From Candidatus Poribacteria bacterium (lineage in GTDB: Bacteria; Poribacteria; WGA-4E; WGA-3G): a stretch of DNA of 64,000 bases. The notes beneath the pieces were generated by a model. The model was not told the origin of the DNA. It ran no database searches and was given only the letters and a program-made list of their open reading frames with translations. Positions 23,315 to 31,821 of the stretch are shown piece by piece. Position numbers and translations under genes: made by a program. The stretch is taken from positions 1,728,001-1,792,000 of the forward strand of contig OZ243938.1 of the NCBI GenBank assembly GCA_965214095.1, in the 5' to 3' direction. Every line of letters starts with the position of its first letter. The first letter of the stretch is position 1.

Positions 23315-23638
23315 AATTATCTCCTATTAGTATATTTAGTATATAAGGTTACAAGTGTTCAGTATTTTCTGTTCAGGTCGACTCTCGCAAACTCTACCTC
23401 ACCTACAATAATTGATAAAAATAAGTTTTATGCTCTAAAGTTGACAGCAGCGTGCCACGCGCACGCTGTGTTGATTTGACTGAATACTAAAAAGGCATTC
23501 AGAGTGTTGATTCGGGTTTTGCTATATTCTATCCAACCGTGGACACCTTTATCCTGTGACTCTCTTCTATAAAACTCTGTATCAGCAAGTCGTCAAAAAG
23601 GCAAAAATCCGGAAATTGATTAACGATATTTATATTTT

Positions 23639-23929
23639 CTACCTACGTTTTTGCCGTTTACGATATTCTGCATCGGCGATTCGCCAATAAGGATTATGTT
23701 TATGACCGTCCCGCTCAATCCTCCCTGTTTCATGCAATGCGTTTAACATTATTTGAACAAATTTATAATGCCAATTTGGATGGCTTGGCAGTCCAAGTGC
23801 ATGATGGATATCTGCGTCGTTCAACCACACATCACCATCGTCTAATCGGGTGATATATAGAAATTCCAATACTGCATCTTCAACAAGATATAAGCCGATT
23901 TGGGCTTGTCTGCTTATTGCTTCGTCCAT
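23639..23929 (-). CDS. Small winged-helix-like hypothetical protein
   Basis: 96 aa; DIHHALGL....VQIMLNALHETGRIE pattern; preceded by the bipartite leader repeat. Confidence 0.65.
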   Translation of the reverse strand: MDEAISRQAQIGLYLVEDAVLEFLYITRLDDGDVWLNDADIHHALGLPSHPNWHYKFVQIMLNALHETGRIERDGHKHNPYWRIADAEYRKRQKRR

Positions 23930-24385
23930 GCCATATCCTGTTCTATCTCTTTCCTGTTGTTAGTGCGGGGGTTTAGCGTCTCCCCGCAGGACGTGTAGTG
24001 AAACGGGTCGCTATTGTTTACACGCCGCGACCAGAGCGAGGTCTTGTGTTGTCTTATCAAAATAATCAAAGAACCAATCTCCAATCTATTACATGTGTGA
24101 CCTTCTCATGCAACCAGACTACTTTAATCCGTTTGGAACGTATCGCTCCCATCATCAGTATTCACGTTACCTTGAATGTCAACAGTAAATATCGTTACGC
24201 TATCCGTTCCAATGAGACCTTTTTATCAGGTCCGTCATTTCACATCCTCATCAAGTTGGAGACTATAACACATAATGTCACCTTACAGGGGAGATAGAGG
24301 ATCATTACATGTTATAGCCTTGTAAGTGGCAGAACTCCTTATTCTCGCCTCTGCCTGTAGCGAGGTGTAAAAGCCTTGCGTTTGA

Positions 24386-24530
24386 TTATTTCCGTATTGA
24401 CATGTTCCGTGTCGCAGTGAAATCACCTACTGTGAGTATAGAAATACACACCTGCCGTGTTCCTCTCACCAAACATATTCGATCATCCCAAATGGATAAC
24501 ACGGTTTCTGCTACGATACACACCTTCCAT
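24386..24530 (-). pseudogene. Orphan decayed 3' end of FlgD_Ig-type CTD
   Basis: Translates, allowing indels, to GVYRSRNRVIH.D..MFGER..GVYFY..TVGDFTATRNMSIRK*. Confidence 0.75.
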
Positions 24531-24683
24531 AAATCCGCATAAATTATCGTAAAACAGTTAATGTGCTGTGTAGTTATAATAAATCATATTATCATATTAA
24601 TCGAATTATTTTATTATTAAGTCTATATCCAACTAATTATGATACAATATTTTTAGGTAATAAACAAGTTATGTCCATGAATA

Positions 24684-25560
24684 GGGTGTGTAAAGTTTTT
24701 GGCATGAAATTGCCTTGAATGGAGTTCTTGCTTTGCATGTATACACATAGTATCCTAACCTAATAAATAAATCACAATTTTAGGAGAGGATACCAATGTC
24801 AAGTCCATCATTGAGTGTTCATGAAAGCAACGATTGCGAAGATGATTTTAGAAAGATTGTCAAAGAAGTAAACGATCTCTATGGAGACATCAATGTTGAC
24901 GAGAGTTTATCTTTAGATGATGTTGAAGTTCGTGTTTTTGAAGCATTTCGTTCTCTTGAACAAAAGTTTTTAGAAATGTGTGTCTCTAAAAAGGCAGGTA
25001 AGAAAGAGAGTGAACCTGTTGAATGTCCGGAGTGTCCAGCACCTTGCCGTCTATTACGCAAGCGTGCGAAACATCTAACAACTCTTTGTGTCAAAATAAG
25101 TCCAAGGCGTTGGGTGTATTGTTGTGAACACGGACATAGGCATGCCCCGTGGGAAGTCAAACAGAAGTTATCGGATCAATTCGCTGAAGCGATGTGTCGT
25201 TTGTCTACGCGGCTTGCCTATAGGGAAGCATCAGAGGAGTTGTCTCATCAAGGGATAGAAGTGAGTCACACGACACTTCATCAAAGCGTGTGTCCGTGGT
25301 CAGAAGATTTGGATGTCCGTGAACAAGTAGAGGTTCAAGAACTTGCGGAAAATCAGCATTGGTATGTGAGTTGCGATGGGTGCCACACGAACTCTCCGGA
25401 TGGGTGGAAAGAGGTGAAAGTGGGGTGTATTTACAGAGATTATCCACAACCTGTTTCGGGTGGGACCCGAGTGTGAGAACAGAAAGTATTCGGTATGTTG
25501 CGGGTCGTCAGAATGCTGAAACTTTTGGTAAAAAGTTGTCCGCGTGAAGTGCCAACGGTA
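24684..25560 (+). mobile_element. ISKra4/ISLre2-type (UPF0236-like) transposase, truncated and frameshifted
   Basis: ORF 24796..25476 has CPEC, RWVYCCEHGH and YVSCDG...GWKEVKVGCIY. Left end GGGTGTGTAAAGTTTTTGGCA at 24684. Confidence 0.8.
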
Positions 25561-25590
25561 ATTCAGAGAGTTAACCACATATTTAGGAAA

Positions 25591-28500
25591 CTACGAACAC
25601 TGTTTTGGGAGTGTATATACACCTCGCTTTACCTTTATAATTTCACCGATGTTTACAAGCCGTGTGAGTTCTGTATTTATTGCTTTTGGATGTCCTTGAA
25701 TTGCCGCGGTGATTTCTGGTGTTTTTTTCTCTCCGTCAGCGAGAAGTGCGATAATTTGTTCACGGAAAGGAACACGTGCGAGTTTCCCGCCCCTCATTCT
25801 TTGCAACACTCGGTTTGCCTGCCTTGTGGAGCATCCCAAAATTCTCTCTACCTCTTTTCTACTGGATTCAGGTGTTAGCTTGTCGCGTTCCGTCTCAAAA
25901 CGTTGGCGTGTTGCTATTACCTCTGGAAGTTTGTCTAACCCACCGGCAACATCTAAATCTTCCCAGTCAAAAAGTAGCGTTTCAGGTCTGTCGGTAATCT
26001 CAGGAATGTGCAAAGCCGTCATCAACATAATTTTCTTGTTTGGCAAACGGTTCAGTTGAGCGAGTTCTATAATCTCTGTGAATATACGGAAGACCGTTAT
26101 TTCGTAAACGCTCTGGACGCGTTTGTCTTTGTAACGGTAGGACTCAGGTTCCATTTCATAAGAGAGGGGTTCTCCATCGTTTCCGAATAACATTTGTGTG
26201 CGTTTTAAAATGGCGCGTGGTCCCATATCCGGCATGCCGATCATCCAGATGACCTGTGCTTCTTGAAAAGCGTTTTCTAATCCTTCTGTCTCACGATAAA
26301 TCGTCAAGAAACAAACGTTCTTATGACTTTCGATATCTTCCAGTTGTTCAATTGCGTGAGGATGGACTATCATCCCATGCTTAATAGTTGGGTCTCTTTC
26401 AATTTCAGCTTGAATTCTCCAAAAAATGTGCTGTCCGGTTTTAGAAATCCCGAAAACGTCCCAAGTGTTGTTAGTGTCTACAATTGTCTTCCGTGGATAG
26501 ATATCAGTGCGGATCTGAAAGATGCGATTTCCAGGAATCCATGCTTCTGATGGTGTACGAAGGATTGCAGCTTCCGTATCTAAGAACGTACGACGGAGGT
26601 GTTCGTTGTGGAGAACTGGTGCGGTGACCAAAAGGCGTTTGACGTTCGGATGTAGGACTGGCGGCATCCAGAATGTTAGGACTTCATCCTCCCATCGCAT
26701 CGGTGCATCAGCGTCCCTCGTGTAATGTGCAAAGAAATGTTTGAGTTGATGCCAAAATGTCCAATTTGGATTTCGACAAACCGTTGGAAATTCTTGAATG
26801 GTTTCAACAGCTGTCGCGTCTAATATACCTAATCTGACGGCATCTGCCATTGACATCAAGATATTCATGTCTTCGTTAGGAACAAAAGTGTTGAGTTGGA
26901 AAAAGGGCAACTCTTGTGCCATCAGTTTATCCTCAGCAGTAGGATTCAAAGGAATATAAGCAGAGATACCTCGCTCAAACTCAATTGTAAAACGTGCTAA
27001 TTCCTCTTTGGTCTCCGCATCAGTAATCCCTCGTGTGACCACCCTGCCGCGTACATTAACGGCGCACATCTGATGGATGATTTCTTCTTCCAACCATTCA
27101 AACGTCTGTATAACTGTACGGAGGCGTCTGCTGAAAGTGTCGTGGGATTTGTCTCTGATTCCCAATACATTTAGTAGAACTATGGCAAAGTTTCCTAAAG
27201 CATTACCTTGCCAGTTGACGTTCCACTTCTTCAATGTGGTTTTTGATAGTTTACATTCAAGAAACAGTCTATGTTCTCTCGTGGCATTGATGATACAAAG
27301 CCGTTGTGTTCCATCGTGTGCTTTGAGAAGTTGTTCTGCTATATTTGCGTATTGTGGGTCCAAAAACAGACGATGATCCTCTATTATTTGTGTTTTGGCA
27401 GTTTGTAATGCGGAGGGTTGTGATAAATAACCACGTTCCTGACATGTTGTATAGACTCGGCACTTCGGACAGATAATTTCGCTCGGATTACCACCCTTTT
27501 TCTCAAGTGTTTCACACCGATCAGCATCCTCACAGACGTTTCCATGTTGAAAGGGGTTTGCCATGCGCTCGTCAATGGGAATATCTTTCACCTGATCCCA
27601 TAGATACATTCGATTCCGCCAACGTGCGAGGGATCCCACATTTCGCTTTTGAAAAAAATGTTCTGCTTCTGCCGCAAGTTCAGTATTTGAAGCGTTGAAA
27701 CAGATTATCTCACCATTCCGCAGAAGGGATTCTACTTCAAGTTTTTTCTCTGAGTCTGTTTCGGGAATAAGTCCAAGAACACGCACGTTCCTGTCAAAAG
27801 CACGCTGTATCTGAACGGTAATTTCTTGTCGTGTTTCATCAATCTTATTGGTGGGGTTTGACTTGTGTAACACCGGAGGAGGGCGTTTTATTGCCAGCGG
27901 ACTGAGTTTACCTTCCCGCATGGCGATTACGTTATCGTCTATGGGGAGCCCCGTTGCGGGGAGCGGTGGCAGAATACCAGTATCCTTCCAAACATCTGTT
28001 ATGAGTGTTGCCTCCGTTGGTATCACAGTATCGGATGTAGATGCACGGACCCATACGGCACCTTCGCTCTCCCACAATGCTACTTCTGTGTTGTCAATCT
28101 CACTACCCTTTTGGTTCCAATAGTAAAATCCATCCTCTTGTTTGACATAAGAAAACCCGCGCTTGAGAAATGCTTCTTTAGCGAGGTCAAGTTTACACGA
28201 TCCGAGAGTGTATGGCGGGTCGGGGATGATCACATGGTGTGCGTGTTCGGGAACAGGTTCGTGAAACGTAGCACGAAGTGCATTGATAGGGGCAAAGAAA
28301 ACCTCTTTAGATACCACAGGCGGATCTAACAGATCTCCAAGTAGAACTTCATAGCGTGCATCCCAACAATTGTATCCCTGATCACCAAAAATTTCAATAT
28401 ATGCTTCGTGTTTGTGTGGGTTCTCTGCTGTCGGTGTCTGTTTATATACAAACAACCGTTCCCGATCGGTATTCGGGTGCAGGTATCCCGGTATCCTACA

Positions 28501-28986
28501 AGAAAAGCGTAGTCCACCAGACTTTGTCATTGTCAATAATGGGTTTGCGACACTGTCAACAAGTGCTTGAATACAAGCAATAACGGCATCAGGTGCTGCG
28601 CAGAGTGCCTCATATTTGAAGTCAATATCATGCCATGGCGCGTCATCGCGTGCTGAGGGTGTACCTGTATATATCTGTATTCCCCACGACTTGTGTAATC
28701 GGATGGAATCCCAGTCCGTCGCTTGTTGCCGTTTCAGGAACCGTTTTCCTCCAAAATGCCGTGGGGGACGATCGGTGCCGGGAGCCTGTCCTATCGGCAT
28801 AAAAGATATACCTGCCATCTCCAAGTCTTGAAGCATCACAGGATATGTGTGTGCACAATAGACTGTGAAGTGGTAAGGAAGCCCTTTGTAAAGCGAAGGT
28901 TCTGAGATCGTTTTCTGTTGCTTCAGTGGCTTCTCGTGCCGTCGGTGGCAGCGTGAGATAATATTTTGTAGGACATTGGTTGTCAT
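25591..28986 (-). CDS. Large hypothetical protein: prim-pol-like N-terminus, Cys cluster, C-terminal HTH
   Basis: DIDF...LTMTKSGGLRF; CEDADRC...CPKCRVYTTC; terminal LADGEKKTPEI...LTRLVNIGEIIKVKRGVY wHTH. ATG 28986 follows GAGGA. Confidence 0.75.
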   Translation of the reverse strand: MTTNVLQNIISRCHRRHEKPLKQQKTISEPSLYKGLPYHFTVYCAHTYPVMLQDLEMAGISFMPIGQAPGTDRPPRHFGGKRFLKRQQATDWDSIRLHKSWGIQIYTGTPSARDDAPWHDIDFKYEALCAAPDAVIACIQALVDSVANPLLTMTKSGGLRFSCRIPGYLHPNTDRERLFVYKQTPTAENPHKHEAYIEIFGDQGYNCWDARYEVLLGDLLDPPVVSKEVFFAPINALRATFHEPVPEHAHHVIIPDPPYTLGSCKLDLAKEAFLKRGFSYVKQEDGFYYWNQKGSEIDNTEVALWESEGAVWVRASTSDTVIPTEATLITDVWKDTGILPPLPATGLPIDDNVIAMREGKLSPLAIKRPPPVLHKSNPTNKIDETRQEITVQIQRAFDRNVRVLGLIPETDSEKKLEVESLLRNGEIICFNASNTELAAEAEHFFQKRNVGSLARWRNRMYLWDQVKDIPIDERMANPFQHGNVCEDADRCETLEKKGGNPSEIICPKCRVYTTCQERGYLSQPSALQTAKTQIIEDHRLFLDPQYANIAEQLLKAHDGTQRLCIINATREHRLFLECKLSKTTLKKWNVNWQGNALGNFAIVLLNVLGIRDKSHDTFSRRLRTVIQTFEWLEEEIIHQMCAVNVRGRVVTRGITDAETKEELARFTIEFERGISAYIPLNPTAEDKLMAQELPFFQLNTFVPNEDMNILMSMADAVRLGILDATAVETIQEFPTVCRNPNWTFWHQLKHFFAHYTRDADAPMRWEDEVLTFWMPPVLHPNVKRLLVTAPVLHNEHLRRTFLDTEAAILRTPSEAWIPGNRIFQIRTDIYPRKTIVDTNNTWDVFGISKTGQHIFWRIQAEIERDPTIKHGMIVHPHAIEQLEDIESHKNVCFLTIYRETEGLENAFQEAQVIWMIGMPDMGPRAILKRTQMLFGNDGEPLSYEMEPESYRYKDKRVQSVYEITVFRIFTEIIELAQLNRLPNKKIMLMTALHIPEITDRPETLLFDWEDLDVAGGLDKLPEVIATRQRFETERDKLTPESSRKEVERILGCSTRQANRVLQRMRGGKLARVPFREQIIALLADGEKKTPEITAAIQGHPKAINTELTRLVNIGEIIKVKRGVYTLPKQCS

Positions 28987-29089
28987 GAGATGGATGTCCT
29001 CAAACTTAGTATTTTGACAGTATTTAAGAGTATATATTATCAAGAATCCTATTTTCTGTCAAATGTTTGAAGATCTGCGCATGGTTATT

Positions 29090-29226
29090 TATGGTAAAAC
29101 GGACAATTAATGAAACATATTGTCCCAATTGCTTATTTATATAATGTCCGAGGTGCAATGAATTGCGCGACTACAAACGCGTTTTTCTAAATGTAAAGTG
29201 TATTGTTAATTTCAAATTTCACTATA
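29090..29226 (+). mobile_element. 137-bp MITE family B (TATRGT...AATTAA ends, central GYGCAATGAATTGCGCGACTAC hairpin), copy 1
   Basis: Near-identical to 50089-50225. Confidence 0.9.
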
Positions 29227-29728
29227 AATAACCTTAGACATAGTAGTATTTGAAAAGAGAGCTTTCTGACAAGAAACGGACTAAAATGGTATACGTTTTC
29301 AGGTAAAATTAGCAATCTTCATAGACATAACTTGTTTATTACCTAAGAATATTGTATCATAGTTAGTTAGAAATAGTCTTTATAGTAAAATAATTTGAAT
29401 TTATAAATAAAATGACTTATTATAACTAATTAGCACATTCGCTGCCTTGTGATAATTTATGCGAACCTATGGAAGGGGTGTATCAAGAAATGACGCCACA
29501 AACAGAAACAGGTATCGGTGTCTATCCACTGCTGTATAATCGGCAGACTGAACCGTTGGATACTCGCTTGGATAATCATACATGTTGAAGTGTAAATATA
29601 CATTATCCAACGCGTTGTGTGTGCAAGGGTGATGAGACTATTCAGTTAGAGATAGTGCGTGATCTGATCTCTCAAGAATATCCATTTTGTATAAAGTAGT
29701 ATTACATTTGAAACAAAATAAGGAGTTT

Positions 29729-31324
29729 ATGATGAAACCCCTAATAGAACAACAAAAATACACTAAACTGATTCTGACGACATTATTGATGGTTATTGGT
29801 ATACAGGTGACAAGTTTGGCAGATATTACGCCTGTAAGTGACCGCACGCCGCAGGTGCGCGATGCTATTGTGGCTGCGGTGCCTGGCGTAAATAATGCTT
29901 CCGATGTGACTGAAGCACATCTCGCATCAATTACGGAACTGAACTTACGTTACACAAGTATCAGTGCCTTAAAAGTAGGTGATTTTTCGGGGTTGACAGC
30001 ATTGACAAATCTAAATTTATATGACAATGATCTGACAAGTCTCCCAGAAGATGTGTTTGATGGACTCACTGCTCTGATAAGACTCGAACTGTCCACTAAC
30101 GATTTGACTTCTTTACCCTCTGGTATCTTTGACGAACTCACTGCTCTGACAGCTCTCGGGCTGTCCGGAAACGATTTGACTTCTTTACCCTCTGGTATCT
30201 TTGACGAACTCATTGCTCTGACAACACTCAATCTGAATAGCAACGATTTGAGTTCATTACCCTCTGGTATCTTTGACGAACTCATTGCTCTGACAACACT
30301 CAATCTGAATAGCAACGATTTGAGTTCATTACCCTCTGGTATCTTTGACGAAAACACCGCTCTGACTTATATCGCTCTGTACAATAATGATTTGAGTTCA
30401 TTACCCTCTGGTATCTTTGACGTAAATACCGCACTGACAACGCTCTATCTGGAGCGCAATGACTTGACGAGTTTGCCATCGGGGGTCTTTGACAATCTCA
30501 CAACACTGACAAGGCTCACTCTACATAGTAATCAAATCAGCGATGTATCGGAACTAGAAGATTTGACTTCACTGACAACACTATACCTATCTGGAAATCC
30601 CATTTCAGATTACGGTCCCCTCCGCAATCTCAAAACAACCATTGAGGCAGCCGGTTCTAGTATTTCTATTGATATTGATATTGATAACAACCCACCTGTG
30701 TTCAGTGATGGCGACAGTACCACGCGCTCCATCGCAGAAAACACGGCATCAGGTCAAAACATTGGAGATGCGGTAGCCGCGACAGATGCGGATACCGATG
30801 ATACCTTGACCTATAGTCTCGGTGGCACGGATGCGTCATCCTTCAGTATTGTCAGCACATCTGGACAGCTGCAAACCAGTGCAGCGTTAGACTATGAAAC
30901 AAAGTCGTCTTACACGGTCACCGTTGACGTTTCTGATGGCAATGATGGCTTAGATCGTATCACCGTCACAATCAATGTCACCGATGTGGAAAATGCTGCG
31001 CCATCTGTTGAAACACCTCCTATAATTCCTGAGAATACCGCACTCCTGACCAACTTCCCCAACCCGTTCAACCCAGAGACGTGGATCCCGTATCAGTTGT
31101 CCAAATCTGCGGACGTTACGCTGACGATCTACAATATGCGTGGTGTCGTGGTGCGTGAGTTGAAGTTGGGGCATAAACCTGCGGATGTGTATACGAGTCG
31201 TAGCCGTGCTATCCATTGGGATGGTAGAAACAGTATCGGTGAAAAGGTTGCAACAGGTGTGTATTTCTATACACTTAAAGCGGGTGATTGGACTGCTACA
31301 CGCAAGATGTTGATATGGAAGTAG
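29729..31324 (+). CDS. Secreted LRR (24-aa LPSGIFD type) + cadherin + FlgD_Ig/T9SS-like CTD protein
   Basis: AAGGAG RBS before ATG 29729; 72-bp tandem repeats 30098-30460; LDYETKSSY cadherin; CTD. Confidence 0.9.
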   Translation: MMKPLIEQQKYTKLILTTLLMVIGIQVTSLADITPVSDRTPQVRDAIVAAVPGVNNASDVTEAHLASITELNLRYTSISALKVGDFSGLTALTNLNLYDNDLTSLPEDVFDGLTALIRLELSTNDLTSLPSGIFDELTALTALGLSGNDLTSLPSGIFDELIALTTLNLNSNDLSSLPSGIFDELIALTTLNLNSNDLSSLPSGIFDENTALTYIALYNNDLSSLPSGIFDVNTALTTLYLERNDLTSLPSGVFDNLTTLTRLTLHSNQISDVSELEDLTSLTTLYLSGNPISDYGPLRNLKTTIEAAGSSISIDIDIDNNPPVFSDGDSTTRSIAENTASGQNIGDAVAATDADTDDTLTYSLGGTDASSFSIVSTSGQLQTSAALDYETKSSYTVTVDVSDGNDGLDRITVTINVTDVENAAPSVETPPIIPENTALLTNFPNPFNPETWIPYQLSKSADVTLTIYNMRGVVVRELKLGHKPADVYTSRSRAIHWDGRNSIGEKVATGVYFYTLKAGDWTATRKMLIWK

Positions 31325-31419
31325 CATTTTCACAAAACACGGAAGGGTGTAGGTTAACACCCTTCTATGAACAACCTGATTGCATATTGTGATCAGGGGT
31401 CCATAAAGAGGAGTTTTTA
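31325..31419 (+). promoter_or_regulatory. Conserved intergenic linker with GAAGGGTG/CACCCTTC hairpin, AA(C/T)AA(C/T)CTGA(T/C)TGCA motif and RBS
   Basis: Recurs at 39786-39879 and 47967-48020; motif without this hairpin at 31770-31821. No poly-U tract, so not a classic intrinsic terminator. Confidence 0.65.
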
Positions 31420-31649
31420 ATGAAAAACGTTAGATGTAAATCAAAGAAAATCGGACCTTGACAAGCGTTGGAATCGGTTTTGGTTATCAGTGGCGTATAG
31501 GACATGCTTTCGTGTTAAGGACAGAAGCGCAGTATCAACGCGTGTTCGTTGAAGATGAAGACGCTAATGAGTTCTCACTCATTCTCGGGATTGGCACTCG
31601 GTTCGGAAATGGTAAATCCAGCACCACTGAAGCACCGAACACGCAATAG
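31420..31649 (+). pseudogene. Internally deleted outer-membrane beta-barrel gene
   Basis: GAGGAG + ATG 31420 fused out of frame to GIGFGYQWRI...LRTEAQYQRVF...FSLILGIGTRF, a beta-barrel C-terminal pattern. Confidence 0.55.
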
Positions 31650-31650
31650 C

Positions 31651-31689
31651 GATTTCACCGCGACGCGGAAAATGTTGATACGGAAGTAG
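31651..31689 (+). repeat. Orphan CTD tail encoding DFTATRKMLIRK*
   Basis: GATTTCACCGCGACGCGGAAAATGTTGATACGGAAGTAG lies 1 bp after an unrelated stop codon. Confidence 0.9.
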
Positions 31690-31821
31690 AAATATATCGG
31701 CGGAAGTATGGAAGCGAAAGGAAGTATGGCGGATGCGATTCCTACCCTTTCATACTTCCAATCTTCCACTCAACAACATGATTGCACATAACAATCAATT
31801 GTCCAAAATAAGGAGTTGATT

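Noticed and set aside
30098-30460. CRISPR-like regularly spaced repeats
   Set aside because: The 72-bp period is in frame within an LRR coding region; there are no unique spacers of CRISPR type and no cas genes.
31342-31365. GAAGGGTG/CACCCTTC hairpins as intrinsic terminators
   Set aside because: No U-tract follows and co-oriented genes continue downstream; reported as a linker element instead.
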